Below, one piece after another: positions 1-13,168 of a stretch of DNA of 64,000 nt (the stretch's first letter is position 1; each line of letters begins with the position of its first letter). This DNA is from Felis catus (taxonomy: Eukaryota). Made by a program: the position numbers and the translations under genes. The notes under the pieces are model-generated. The model had not been told where the DNA came from. It worked only from the letters and a program-made list of their open reading frames with translations, and ran no database searches. The stretch is taken from the NCBI RefSeq assembly GCF_018350175.1, contig NC_058368.1, positions 58,468,001 through 58,532,000 of the forward strand. Direction: 5' to 3'.

Positions 1-1534
1 GTATTATTTCTGTAATTATTAGATGTCACATTAAAATATTAATACTTTCTAAAAATGATACTTATTTAGTAATGGCAAAAAGGTTTCAATAAGTATTAAT
101 TTTTCAAAATTACATATTTAAATAAAAGAAGAAAACTGTCTTTCTTCTTTGTCCTCCATGAAATAATTTAGTTATATGATGAAAGCTAACTCTCATTAGG
201 CTTAATTCTATTATGTGATTCTTAGAAAAGTCTAAGGAGACTTAGCATATTTTATAATTATTTCATTTGGCTTTTAGACCTGGTTTTGACTTTGTGATTT
301 GAGACTAGTGCCTTTTCTATATTCTATTGTTTTGATATAAATGGATCATAAAATGTGTGATGGAAAATAGCTGATATGGTTATATTTCTGCCCAACTGAA
401 ACTTTGCTTTAATATAGTTTTATCTCCTGATTAATGTTCTGTCAAAAAGGAAGTCACATTGTTTGAGATTTCTCTGCTTAATAACATGAATCATGTTCCT
501 AATAAATATAAACTTTAAAAATAATATTTATTTGTTATACCCAGTTAGGTGAGGGACACTAAAATATTTAACTATAACAATTTTTTTCTATTTAATACAA
601 GGCTAACTTGAACTAAACATGTGATGATAATAATAGTTGATAGAAGGATATAAATAGTATAATTTGCCTGCCCAGTGACTTGGATGCCTTTGTTTCAAAA
701 ATAGTATTTATTTAAAAACATAAACATTGTCTAAAAGCCTCCTTGTTTCCAGTATTGTGTTTTCAGAGATTTTTTTAAGTTAACCTAAAACACTGTATAT
801 TAGTTTTGATTTCAAGATTATACTTAATTTGATTTTTTCTACACATACAAGATAATTATAGCTTCTAGTAAGACTGTGTTATATACTATTTTTAGGAAGG
901 AGATGGGAAAACAGAGGGAAAAAGCTGTCATTATCATGCTCATGAGTAAGAAATTGTTTCTTCTATAACTATATTCTAGTCTATTTATTCCTGGAAAACA
1001 TTTTTAAAATAATATTTATTCATGGACATTGTTGTGAATTTGGAAAATGTCTGGGTAACATTTTGATTTGAACTGGGAAACTGACATAATCAAAAAGCCC
1101 CTGACCTTTTAATATCCCTACTTCAATGTGTTTCTACTGCTTTAGGATAAATGGTAATTAACCAAAGCTCAGAATATTCCAGCACTCACCAATCTCACCA
1201 TCCTAGCTCTAGGTAATTCCATGTTTGACACTTCAGTCATATTGTTTATCAATTGCTGATTACTTGCAATTTTTCACACTTTCCCTCTCAGATGCTCATA
1301 TAGCCTGATTATTTTGTTTAACCACCATTCTGCCAAATCACCTATATCCAGCTTATCCTAAGATATTTTAGAGTCTTCATTGGGTTTCATACTTCAAATA
1401 ATTCCACCTATGCAGATAAGATCATGTCTACCAAGTATATATTCTCACCATTCTGAGCTTATCCAATTTATGTTTTATAGCAACATATTTAAATAGAAAC
1501 AGAGTATTTGTTTTTCTAATGTCAATCTTCCACA

Positions 1535-1790
1535 CTATGGTAAGCAAAATTTTATTTCTAAGACTCTAAAATGGCCCAACATTCCTCATCCTATTTTTCC
1601 AGTTAGGTTACATGATATGATTCAGTTGACCTTCACATGGATAGATTATATAGGTGGGCCAAACCTAATCATATGAGCCCTTTAAAAAGGGGAGAGTTTT
1701 CTCCAACTGGTGGCAGAAAGGGAAATCAGAGATAATTGGAGTGTGAGAGGGATTTGAAGCAGGGGGAGTTCTTTACTGATGAATTTGAAT
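1535..1790 (+). mobile_element. MLT1 (MaLR) LTR fragment, MLT1E/F-like
   Basis: Contains MLT1-type blocks such as CAGTTGACCTT...AGATTAT..AGGTGGGCC.AACCTAATCA.ATGAGCCCTTTAAAA. The match ends at a T-run near 1790. Confidence 0.6.
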
Positions 1791-3179
1791 TTTTTTTTAA
1801 TTATCAAGACAAGATAAAATATCACAAACATACTATGAATTTGGATTTCAAAATAATTACTCTAAATGGTTCACTAATTCTGCTTATATGAGAAAAGATT
1901 TATTGCTAAACATGCACTTACTGAGCATAAAGTATTTACAGTATCATAGATAAGTCATAAAATATAAAATATTTATGTGTTAATGTTTACATAATTTAAT
2001 TGTATTGGGTGTTTTTAAGCTCTCCTCTTTCTAAATGCAGAAAACATGATTTTTTTTCCCTGAACTTTTTCCTGTGGAAAAAGTGAAAACTATTCACTCT
2101 TTTTTTAGAAGTGCCATGACTGGGAGAAAAAGTGGATTCAATTAACATCAACACCAGCATTTCTATTGCATAAGCCAAGAAACAGTAGGCATAATGGACT
2201 GACTGAATATGTCAGCTCTTTCTCTTTTAGGAATGAACATACTTACATTTTCTTGAATAATTATATGATTTCCTGAGTGTTAGTGAAAAAAAACTTAATG
2301 TTCAACACAATTGGCATGTGTGCTAACCTTATTAAGAGTCTAAGAATAATAAAACTAGAATTTGAAGTCATATTTCCCTCCAGACTACTATCAGTTTTGA
2401 AGGAACCCATCCATCACGAAGATAAAGAAAAGTCCTCTGAAGATTTAACTTAGGGAAAATATGTAATATATCATATTGTGATGACTCTGAGGAACTGATA
2501 AGACTAGAACTTGCATAAGGAAATAGTACACAAAGATCTTCTTGGTTTCCTTTTTATTTCCAACCATTTTATATAGACTTCTTTAGTAGTAAATGAACGT
2601 GTACCTGTGAACTCATGCATCTAGTTTGGAACGTTAGAGAGGAGGGTAATAATCTTGCTATATTTTAAAGACATTACCATTCGTTGTAAACATAGTTAAA
2701 CTTGGATCTTTTTGACCATATGAAATAGAAAGCATAGTTACTTGAATGAAAGGTCAAGGTCCCCTAAATGATGATGTACTATGGTTCATCCCCACATAAG
2801 TATTCATGTTCCAACATTTGCTATACATTCTTTTCAATGTTGTGTTCACGGCTGCAAACATTGAAGGAAACAATAACTATGCAGTTACTCCTCAACTTGA
2901 ATCACCAAGTTTAATGGAATGAGCACTATTCTGAGAGTCAGTATATGTAGGTGTTAGTACTGCTATGCCACATTTTAGTTATGTGACCTTCAGAAAGTGA
3001 CTGTTACTGAGAAACAGAATTCTAATTTAAAATTTTAAAATAAAATACACAAATACAAAGAAATGATATTATTGCAACTACCAGATTTCAATAGAATATG
3101 ATTCTTAAGGAAAAGTTGCTTTTTACATTTATTTCTTTTAATTTTATTATAGAATATTAGGCCCAAAATGTAGGGTTTT

Positions 3180-3770
3180 TTTTTAAACAGCTTTATTGAG
3201 ACATAATTGATATATAATAGTTGTATATATCTCAGGTGTGCAAATTGATGGATTTGCCATACATGGGTATGTTTATATCCATGGAACTGTCACTGCAATC
3301 AAGATCTTGAACATATCCACCACTCCATAAATGTCTCATGTTTTTTTGTAATCACTAAACACCCACCTCATTCCTAAGTAACACTTCATTTGCTCTGTCA
3401 CTGAAGATTAGTTTGCACTTTCTAGAGTTTTGTAAAAATGGAATCATGCAGTATGTATTCATTTTATCTGGATTCTCTCATATAACATAATTACTTTGAG
3501 ATTCAGCCATGTTCCATGTATTTTATTGCTAAACAGTAGTCCACTGTAAGGCTATAATACAAGTTATTTATCTACTTACCTCTTGATGGATATTGGTGTG
3601 GTTTCCAAGCTATTATTATAAGACATAAAGATCATACAATCTTAGTCATTTTATGGAAGTATAGCATTGTGGTTTTTATTACATTTCTCTAATGAGTAAT
3701 AATGTTGACCTTTTTTTTCCATGTTAATTTCTCATCTGTTTATCTTCTCAGAAGGGACTACTTTTTATTT
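3180..3770 (-). mobile_element. Ancient L1M (L1MB/ME-like) 3' end fragment
   Basis: Typical antisense L1M 3' text: CAGCTTTATTGAGACATAATTGA..., AATGGAATCATGCAGTATGTATTC..., GCATTGTGGTTTT. Confidence 0.6.
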
Positions 3771-3884
3771 TCCTTGTCCATCCTGAAGATCTATCATAGT
3801 TTGAATATAGTAAGTATAGGCCAAATATTTGTTACGATGAATTATGCTAGATTTTGAATAGTAGTGTGTTTTTCATGTGTTGTT

Positions 3885-4390
3885 TTTTTTTAAATAAATA
3901 TTTTATTTTAGAACAGTTTTAGATTTACAGAAATATTGAGCAGATGCTACGGATTTTTCTTAAATATAAAAATCTGTTTTCTCTATTTTTAATTTCTTAC
4001 ATTAGTATGGCACATTTGTCATGATACCTGAGTGAATGTTGATACATTGTGATGATCTAAAGACCATATTTTATTCAAATTATCTCAGTTTTTATGTAGT
4101 CCTATGTTTTAGTTTCAGGGTTCACAGGATACATTTAATTGCCATGTGTCCTTAGTTTTCCCTTAGCTATTAGCTCATACTCTTCTTGTTTTGGGTAATC
4201 TTCAGAGTGTTGAGGAGTGTTTGCAAATTATTTTGTATGATATTCTTCAACTGAGATTTGTATTTTTCTCATAAATAAACTGGGGTTATACGTTTGGGGT
4301 AGAAAGACCATAGAAGTTAAATACCATTTTCACTGTATTATATCAAGAGTAGGTACTAGTGACATAATTTATCATTATTATTGTGATGAT
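3885..4390 (-). mobile_element. Ancient L1MC-like 3' end fragment
   Basis: TTTTAGAACAGTTTTAGATTTACAGAAA.ATTGAGCAGA and GTAGAAAGACCATAGAAGTTAAATACCATTTTCA resemble L1MC 3'UTR. Confidence 0.55.
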
Positions 4391-4924
4391 TTCAAGATGT
4401 TAAAATATTACATAAAAATGTTTTTAGGAATGAATACTTATTTTTTTTATAAAGGATATAATTTAGCCCATTTTTCTCACAAGCTTAAATTTAAAATAAA
4501 ACTAGTGCTTGAATTGAAATTAGCAACTTTTGAAACCAAAAATATTATAGCTATCTCACAACAGAGTAAACATACATAAGTGATGTGTAATCACCTCTTC
4601 TAACCAAGAAATTATCTGATCAAATGCCTTCATCTGCCCAATTCCTGTTCTATTTTAAATGGCTACTTTAACTTTCTTTTTTTTTGTCTTTTTTTTTTTT
4701 ACTATATGAAATTTATTATCAAATTGGTTTCCATACAACACTCAGTGCTCATCCCAACAGGTGCCCTCCTCAATGCCCATCACCCACCCTCCCCTCCCTC
4801 CCACCCCCCATCAACCCTCAGTTTGTTCTCAGTTTTTAAGAGTCTCTTATGGTTTGGCTCTCTCCTACTCTAACATCTTTTTTTCTTTTTCCTTCCCCTC
4901 CCCTATGGGTTCCTGTTAAGTTTC

Positions 4925-7900
4925 TCAGGATCCACATAAGAGTGAACACATATGGTATCTGTCTTTCTCTGTATGGCTTATTTCACTTAGCATCACACCA
5001 TCCAGTTCCATCCACATTGCTACAAAGGGCCATATTTCATTCTTTCTCATTGCCATGTAGTACTCCATTGTGTATATAAACCACAATTTCTTTATCCATT
5101 CATCCGTTGATGGACATTTTGGCTCTTTCCATAATTCGGCTATTGTTGAGAGTGCTGCTATAAACATTGGGGTACAAGTGCCCCTATGCATCAGTACTTC
5201 TGTATCCCTTGGGTAAATTCCTAGCAGTGTTACTGCTGGGTCATTTTTAATTTGGGGGGGAACCTCCACACTGTTTTCCGAGCGGCTGCACCAGTTTGCA
5301 TTCCCACCAACAGTGCAAGAGGGTTCTGTTTCTCCACATCCTCTTCAGCATCTATAGTCTCCTGTTTTTTCATTTTGGCCACTCTGACTGGCGTGAGGTG
5401 GTATCTCAGAGTGGTTTTGATTTGTATTTCTCTGATGAGGAGTGACGTTGAACATCTTTTCATGTGCCTGTTGGCCATCTGGATGTCTTCTTTAGAGAAG
5501 TGTCTAATCATGTTTTCGGTCCATTTCTTCACTGGATTATTTGTTTTTCGGATGTGGAGTTTGGTGAGCTCTTTATAGATTTTGGGTACTAGCCCTTGGT
5601 CCGATATGTCATTTGCAAATATCTTTTCCCATTCCATTGGTTGCCTTTTAGTTTTGTTGGTTGTTTCCTTTGCTGTGCAGAAGCTTTTTATCTTCATGAA
5701 GTCCCAATAGTTCATTTTTGCTTTTAATTCCCTTGCCTTTGGGGATGTGTCAAGTAAGAAATTGCTACGGCTGAGGTCAGAGAGGTCTTTTCCTGTTTTC
5801 TCCTCTAAGGTTTTGATGGTTTCCTGTCTCACATTTAGGTCCTTTATCTATTTTGAGTTTATTTTTGTGAATGGTGTGAGAAAGTGGTCTAGTTTCAACC
5901 TTCTGCATGTTGCTGTCCAGTTCTCCCAGCACCATTTGTTAAAGAGACTGTCTTTTTTCCATTGGATATTCTTTCCTGCTTTGTCAAAGATGAGTTGGCC
6001 ATACGTTTGTGGGTCTAGTTCTGGGGTTTCTATCTGTTCCATTGGTCTATGTGTCTGTTTTTGTGCCAATACCATGTTGTCTTGATGATTACAGCTTTGT
6101 AGTAGAGGCTAACGTCTGAGATTGTGATGGCTCCTGCTTTGGTCTTCTTCTTCAAAATTCCTTTGGCTATTCGGGGGCCTTTTGTGGTTCCATGTGAATT
6201 TTAGAATTGCTTGTTCTAGCTTCGAGAAGAATGCTGGTGCAATTTTGATTGGGTTTGCATTGAATGTGTAGATAGCTTTGGATAGTATTGACATTTTGAC
6301 AATATTTATTCTTACAACCCATGAGCACGGAAGGTTTTTCCATTTCTTTCTATCTTCTTCAATTTCCTTCATAAGCTTTCTATAGTTTTCAGCATACAGA
6401 TCTTTGACATCTTTGGTTAGATTTATTCCTAGTTATTTTATGCTTCTTGGTGCAATTGTGAATGGGATCAGTTTCTTTATTTGTCTTTCTGTTGCTTCAT
6501 TATTAGTGTGTAACAGTGCAACTGATTTCTGTACACTGATTTTGTATCCTGCAACTTTGCTGAATTCATGTATCAGTTCTAGCAGACTTTTGGTGGAGTC
6601 TATCGGATTTTCCATGTATAGTATCATGTCATCTGCAAAAAGCGAAAGCTTGACTTCATCTTTGCCAATTTTGATGCCTTTGATTTCCTTTTGTTGTCTG
6701 ATTGCTGATGCTAACACTTCCAACACTATGTTAAATAACAGCGGTGAGAGTGGACATCCCTGTCGTGTTCCTGATCTCAGGGAAAAAGCTGTCAGTTTTT
6801 CCCCAGTGAGGATGATATTACCTGTGGGCTTTTCATAAATGGCATTTATGATGTTTAAGTATGTTCCTTCTATCCCGACTTTCTGGAGGGTTTTTATTAA
6901 GAAAGGATGCTGAATTTTGTCAAATGCTTTTTCTGCATCGATTGACAGGATCATATGGTTCTTATCTTTTGTTTTATTAATGTGATGTATCACGCTGATT
7001 GATTTGCGAATGTTGAACCAGCCTTACATGCCAGGAATGAATCCCGCTTGATCATGCTGAATAATTCTTTTTATATGCTGTTGAATTCGATTTGCTAGTA
7101 TCTTATTGAGAATTTTTGCATCCATATTCATCAGGGATATTGGGCTATAGTTCTCTTTTTTTACTGGGTCTCTGTCTGGTTTAGGAATCAAAGTAATACT
7201 GGCTTCATAGAATGAGTCTTGAAGTTTTCCTTTCCTTTCTATTTTTTGGAACAGCTTGAGAAGGATAGGTATTATCTCTGCTTTAAAAGTCTGGTAGAAC
7301 TCCCCTGGGAAGCCATCTGGTCCTGGACTCTTATTTGTTGGGAGATTTTTGATAACTGATTCAATTCCTTCACTAGTTATGCATCTGTTTAAGCTTTCTA
7401 TTTCTTCCTGATTGAGTTGTGGAAGTGTATGGGTGTTTAGGAATTTGTCCATTTCTTCCAGGTTGTCCAGTTTGTTGCCATATAGTTTTTCATAGTATTC
7501 CCTGATAATTGCTTGTATTTCTGAGGGATTGGTTGTAATAATTCCATTTTCATTCATGATTTTATCTATTCGGGTCTTCTCTCTTTTCTTTCTGAGAAGG
7601 CGGGCTAGAGGTTTATCAATTTTGTTTATTTTTCAAAAAACCAACTCTTGGTTTCATTGATCTGCTCTACAGTTTTTTTAGATTCTATATTGTTTATTTC
7701 TGCTCTAATCTTTATTATTTCTCTTCTTCTGCTGGGTTTAGGCTGTCTTTGCTGTTCTGCTTCTATTTCCTTTAGGTGTTCTGTTAGATTTTGTATTTGG
7801 GATTTTTCTTGTTTCTTGAGATAGGCCTGGATTGCAATGTATTTTCCTCTCAGGACTGCCTTCGCTGCATCCCAATGCGTTTGGATTGTTGTATTTTCAT

Positions 7901-8732
7901 TTTCATTTGTTTCCATATATTTTTTAAATTTCTTCTCTAATTGCCTGGTTGACCCATTCATTCTTTAGTAGGATGTTCTTTAACCTCCATGCTTTTGGAG
8001 GTTTTCCAGACTTTTTCCTGTGGTTGATTTCAAGCTTCATAGCATTGTGGTCTGAAAGTATGCATGGTATGATCTCAATTCTTGTATACTTAGGAAGGGC
8101 TGTTTTGTGACCCAGATTGTGATCTATCTTGGAGAATGTTCCATGTGCACTTGAGAAGAAAGTATATTCTGTTGCTTTGGGATGCAGAGTTCTAAATATA
8201 TCTGTCAAGTCCATCTGATCCAATGTATCATTCAGGGCCCTTGTTTCTTTATTGACCGTGTGTCTAGATGATCTATCCATTTCTGTAAGTGAGGTGTTAA
8301 AGTCCCCTGCAATTACCACATTCTTATCAATAAGGCTGCTTATGTTTGTGATTAATTGTTTTATATATTTGGGGGTTCCCGTATTCGGCGCATAGACATT
8401 TATAATTGTTAGCTCTTCCTGATGGATAGATCCTGTAATTATTATATAATGCCCTTCTTCATCTCTTGTTACAGCCTTTAATTTAAAGTCTAGTTTGTCT
8501 GATATAAGTAAGGCTGCTCCAGCTCTCTTTTGACTTCCAGTAGCATGATAAATAGTTCTCCATCCCCTCACTCTCAATCTGAAGGTGTCCTCAGGTCTAA
8601 AATGAGTCCCTTGTAGACAGCAAATAGATGGGTCTTGTTTTATATCCATTCTGATATCCTATGTCTTTTGGTTGGCGCATTTAGTCCATTTACATTCAGT
8701 GTTATTATAGAAAGATAAGAGTTTAGAGTCAT
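4925..8732 (-). pseudogene. L1 ORF2 (endonuclease / reverse transcriptase), frameshifted into at least 8 pieces
   Basis: Starts MTLNSYLSIITLNVNGLNAPTKRHRI at 8732. ORF-track pieces carry EN motifs (INVYAPN, AGDFN, SKIDH, SDHN), the Z region (KSPGPDGF), RT motifs ([13 protein letters not shown]) and the C-terminus (HRGTCTPMFIAAL...DRYHM). Confidence 0.95.
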
Positions 8733-8782
8733 TGTGATGTCCATAGGTTTCATGCTTGTAGTGATGTCTCTGGTACTTTGTC

Positions 8783-9675
8783 TCACAGGATCTCCCTTAG
8801 GATCTCTTGTAGGGCTGATTTAATGGTGATGAATTCCTTCAGTTTTTGTTTGTTTGGGAAGACCTTTATCTCTCCTTCTATTCTAAATGACAGTTTTGCT
8901 GGATAAAGGATTCTCGGCTGCATATTTTTTTCTGTTCATTACATTGAAGATTTCCTGCCATTCCTTTCTGGCCTGCCAAGTTTCAGTAGAGAGATCTGTT
9001 ACGAGTCTTATTGGTTTCCCTTTGTATGTTAGAGCACATTTATCTCAAGCTGCTTTCAGAATTTTCTCTTTTTCCTTGTATTTTGCCAGTTTCACTATGA
9101 TATGTCGTGCAGAAGATCGATTCAAGTTACATCTGAAGGGAGTTCTCTGTGCCTCTTGGATTTCAATGCATTTTTCCTTCTCCAGGTCAGGGAAGTTCTC
9201 AGCTATTATTTCTTCAAGTACCCCTTCAGCACCTTTCCCTCTCTCTTCCTGCTCTGGAATACCAATTATGCGTATATTATTTCTCTTTAGTGCATCACTT
9301 AGTTCTCTAATTTTCCCCTCATACTCCTGGATTTTTTAATCTCTCTTTTTCTCAGCTGTTTCTTTTTTCATAATTTTATCTTCTAGTTCACCTATTCTCT
9401 CTGTTTCCTCTTCAATCTGAGCTGTGGTTTTCTCCATTTTATTTTGCAGCACATTTATAACATTTTTTAGCTCCTCCTGGTTGTTCTTTAGTCCCTTGAT
9501 CTCTGTAGCAATAGATTCTCTGCTGTCCTGTATACTGTTTTCAAGCCCAGTGATTAATTTTATGAGTATTATTATAAATTTTTTCTGTTATATTGTTTAA
9601 ATCATTTTTGATCAGTTCCTTAGCTGTTATTATTTCCTGGACGTTTTTCTGAGGGGAATTCTTCCGTTTCGTCAT
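8783..9675 (-). pseudogene. L1 ORF1 (RNA-binding protein), disrupted
   Basis: Minus-strand ATG at 9675 reads MTKRKNSPQKNVQEIITAKELIKND. The C-terminus reads MQPRILYPAKLSFRIEGEIKVFPNKQKLKEFITIKSALQEILREIL-stop (TGA at 8783-8785). No intact ORF spans the interval. Confidence 0.9.
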
Positions 9676-10607
9676 TTTGGATAGTCCCTGGAGTGGTGTG
9701 GGACTGTGAGGCACTTCCCCTGTGCTGTCTTGAATAACTTGTGTTGATGGGTGGGGCCATAGTTAGTCCTGATGTCTGCCCCCACCCCACCACTGGGGCC
9801 ACAGTCAGACTGGTGTGTGCCTTCTCTTCCCTTCTCCTAGGGATGGGATTCACTGTGGGGTGGTGTGGCCCGTCTGGGCTACTTGCACACTGCCAGGCTT
9901 GTGGTGCTGGGGATCTGGCTTATTAGCTGGTGTGGATCGGCAAGGTGCACAGGGGTGGGAGGGGCAGGCTCAGCTCGATTTTCCTTCAGTGATCCACTTC
10001 AGGAGGGGTCTTGTGGCACCGGGAGTGAGTCAGACCCGCCGCCGGAAGGATGGGTCTGCAGAAGCACAGCATTGGGTGTTTGCAGGGTGCAGGCAAGTTC
10101 CCTGGCAGGAACTGGTTCCCTTTGGGATTTGGGCTGGGGGATGGGCGAGGGAGATGGCTCTGGCGAGCACCTTTGTTCCCTGTCAAGTTGTGCTCTGTTG
10201 TCCGGGGCTCAACAACTCTCCCTCCCATTGTCCTCCAGCCCTCCTGCTCTCCGAGCAAAGCTGTTAGCTTATAACCTTCCAGATGTTAAGACCTGCTTGC
10301 TTTCCGAACACACTCCGTCCGGCCTCTCCACTTTTGCAAGCCAGACTCAGGGGCTCTGCTTTGCAAGCAGGCTGCCCCTCTGCCCAGCTCCCTCCTGCCA
10401 GTGCCAGTCTGTGTAGCCCGCACCGCCTCTCCGCCCTTCCTACCCTCTTCTGTGGGCCTCTCATCTATGCTTGTCTCCAGAGAATCGTTCTGCTAGTCTT
10501 TTGGTGGTTTTCTGGGTTATTTAGGCAGGTGTGGGTGGAATCTAAGTGATCAGCAGGACGCGGTGAGCCCAGTGTGCTCCTACACCACCATCTTCCTCCC
10601 AGAATCC
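9676..10607 (-). promoter_or_regulatory. L1 5'UTR / internal Pol II promoter
   Basis: Most extended GC-rich stretch of the window, lying immediately upstream of ORF1. Has a YY1-like AAGATGG motif at the extreme 5' end (CCATCTT on plus near 10588-10594). Confidence 0.75.
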
Positions 10608-10934
10608 TAAGTTTCTAAATACAAGTTGATAAATAGTATATCAATGCACAAAAAAAAAAAAGAGTAGAAACTTCCTCAAGCCTTAAATAAAAAACGGCTT
10701 AACTTATATCTATCTATTATCAGGAAAATAGGTGAAATTTCATTACTGTAATGTAATATTTAAAATCAGCCCCAAATGTCCCATGGGGGACAGATTGTTA
10801 TGGGTTGCAATTGGAGTCAACACACTGTAATATAATGCTGCAGGGTGCAATGGAAAAGGCACACCCTAGAAAACAAATGTCCTTGGCTTGAGTTCCATAG
10901 ACACCACTAACAAGTTAGTTGATCATTAGAATTC

Positions 10935-11142
10935 TTTTTTTTTTAATGATTATTTATTTTGGGGAGAGGGAAGAATGCAAGCAGGGAGGGGGAAGAGAGA
11001 GAAGGAGACATAGAATCTCAAGCAGGCTCCAGGCTCTGAGCTGTCAGCACAGAGCCTGAAGTAGGGCTTGAACTCACGAACCCCAAGATCATGACCTGAG
11101 CTGAAGTCAGATGCTTAACTGACTGAGCCATCAAGATGTCCC
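10935..11142 (-). mobile_element. CanSINE (older, diverged), probably inserted in a MIR relic
   Basis: tRNA-derived head, CT-rich segment and A tail on minus. Degenerate TSD TGATCAT(T/C)AGAA. Confidence 0.9.
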
Positions 11143-11496
11143 TGATCATCAGAAAAATTCTTAATTCCTTTGGGTTCTCTTTATCTAGAAAATTGTAATG
11201 CTTATGGCAACTTGATCAATATTTTTTTTCTCCATTTTCATATTATGTCCTGTGGAATTATACTCAAGAATCACAGGGACAATCTATTGCAACCCATTTC
11301 AGAGTTGTAACCCAGATATAAATATTACCTACAATTAATCTGTTCACTTCTCTTCTATTTGAATAACTTTATAGACAGAAACTCCTCAGAATATTAAATA
11401 AGCTTGCATATCATCTAAATCCCACTTATATACAGTGACAATTTCAAATTTGTCAACTGCCAGTTCATGTAGCCACCTTGGTAGTAATAATAGCAG

Positions 11497-11498
<2 letters not shown>

Positions 11499-11541
<43 letters not shown>
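11499..11541. repeat. (AT)n microsatellite, about 21 units
   Basis: Perfect AT run. Confidence 0.98.
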
Positions 11542-11545
<4 letters not shown>

Positions 11546-11622
11546 ACTGAAGTGTTACATGTGACATATATACTGTGCTGGGCATTTTAAGTTTATTAAT
11601 TTCAATCTTCTTAACAGCTTTT

Positions 11623-11841
11623 TTTTTTATTTTTTTTTCAACGTTTATTTATTTTTGGGACAGAGAGAGACAGAGCATGAATGGGGGAGGGGCAGAGAGA
11701 GAGGGAGACACAGAATCGGAAACAGGCTCCAGGCTCTGAGCCATCAGCCCAGAATCTGACGCGGGGCTGGAACTCACGGACCGCGAGATCGTGACCTGGC
11801 TGAAGTCGGACGCTTAACCGACTGCGCCACCCAGGCGCCCC
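11623..11841 (-). mobile_element. Young felid CanSINE (SINEC_Fc-type)
   Basis: GGGGCGCCTGGGTGGCGCAGTCGGTTAAGCGTCCGAC head with CpGs retained. Perfect TSD TTAACAGCTTTT (11611-11622 / 11842-11853). Confidence 0.97.
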
Positions 11842-11868
11842 TTAACAGCTTTTGAATAGGTTATATTA

Positions 11869-12448
11869 CCACTGACTTTTGAACAACTTTAAGGACACTG
11901 ACCTCGCTCACAGTAAAAAATCTACATACAACTTGTGACTCCCCCAAAACTTAACTACTGATAGTTTACTGTTGACCAGAAGTTTTACTAATAACATAAA
12001 CAGTTGATTAACACATATTTTGTATATTCTATGTATTGTATACTGTAATCTCACAATATATTACGCTACAGAAAAGAAAATGTCATTAGGAAAAATCATA
12101 AAAAAGGGACGACTGAGTGGCTCAGTCAGGTAAGTGTCCAACTTCAGCTCAGGTCATGATCTCAAGCCTCATGTGTTGGATCCCTGTGTAGGGCTCTGTG
12201 CTGACAGCTCAGAGCCTGGAACCTGCTTCAGATTCTGTCTAGGTCTCTCTCTGCCCCTCTCCCACTCACATTCTGTCTCTCTCTGTCTCTCTGTCTCTCT
12301 GTCTCTCAAAATAAATAATAAAAACATTTTTAAAAATTAATAAAAAAATCAATAGGAAGTTAAAATACATTTACAGTGCTGTACTGTAGAAACCCTGCAT
12401 ATAAGCAGAACTGTACAATTCAAACATGTGTTGTTTAAGGGTCAATTG
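11869..12448. mobile_element. Tigger2-type non-autonomous DNA transposon (TcMar-Tigger), interrupted by a CanSINE
   Basis: Terminal inverted repeats resemble CAGTTGACCCTTGAACAAC (left CCACTGACTTTTGAACAAC, right GTTGTTTAAGGGTCAATTG), with TA on both sides. Confidence 0.8.
12106..12348 (+). mobile_element. CanSINE inside the Tigger2-type element
   Basis: GGGACGACTGAGTGGCTCAGTCAGG head, (CT)n segment, AATAAA-rich tail. Confidence 0.92.
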
Positions 12449-13168
12449 TATTACATCCATTTTGAATATATAGCTCCGAGAGTTCAAAGTTGTCAGATTA
12501 TAAGTGTTGTGGCTCAAAATCAGATTACAGTGTATTTGACTACATGGAACATGTGACTTCCACTTCCCCATCCTTTTATTTATTCTTCTGTCATAAAATT
12601 CAGTTTTTTGTGCTTTTTCATTTATATAACTGTTTTCTCCTATTGGATATTAAGTTCTTTGAACACAGGAAAATTGACTTCCTTGATGATAGCAACTAAG
12701 ATTCTCATCATGACATTATTTATTGTAGCATTGTGCTTGGAACACTTAATAAACATTATTAGAGAGAACACATAATGAGGAATGGATTAGTCATTGCTTT
12801 TACAAGTTAATTAGGCCTAAATATACAGATGTATATCCATGCACTTGATAGCCATGTGGCTGTTTTCTAGCAATCTTGCTCTATATATACTTGTATATGG
12901 TATAAATATCCATTATATACAGCACATGCTGTGATACATATTTATATTTATAACATGTATATATCATGCAATATGCATATGGGTTTATTTCATCTAGGTC
13001 TCCCATTTATCATACACAAATCTTTCTGTGTTTATTTCCTGTAAGATATTTCATTGTGAGATATCAACCAACTCTTTCTAAACATGCAAGAAAGGATTAT
13101 TTGTGCCTTCAAATTTTGCAAAACTTATATCCTTACACTTTTTAAATTATATTTAAAATTGGTTTTCT

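Larger units (their letters stand above)
4677..10607 (-). mobile_element. Near full-length felid LINE-1 (about 5.9 kb), retrotransposition-incompetent
   Basis: GC-rich 5'UTR (9676-10607, starting GGATTCTGGGAGGAAGATGG on minus), ORF1, ~50-nt spacer, ORF2 with EN/RT/C-terminal fragments, G-rich 3'UTR, AATAAA and poly(A) (T-run 4677-4700). Possible degenerate TSD TAACTTTCT (4669-4677) / TAAGTTTCT (10608-10616). Confidence 0.97.

Noticed and set aside
1790..2900. T-run abruptly ending the MLT1 fragment, a possible processed pseudogene on minus
   Set aside because: No TSD, no ORF, no recognisable mRNA similarity, and I could not find the rest of the LTR resuming downstream.
5252..9339. Plus-strand ORFs of 62-150 aa over the L1 body
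   Set aside because: These are antisense shadows of L1 ORF1/ORF2, a well-known artefact.
9815..10416. 150-aa and 183-aa plus-strand ORFs in the L1 5'UTR
   Set aside because: They start at GTG, not ATG, and lie in GC-rich sequence where stops are rare. No recognisable domain.
11623..11841. tRNA-like A/B boxes at SINE heads
   Set aside because: These are the tRNA-derived part of CanSINEs, not tRNA genes.
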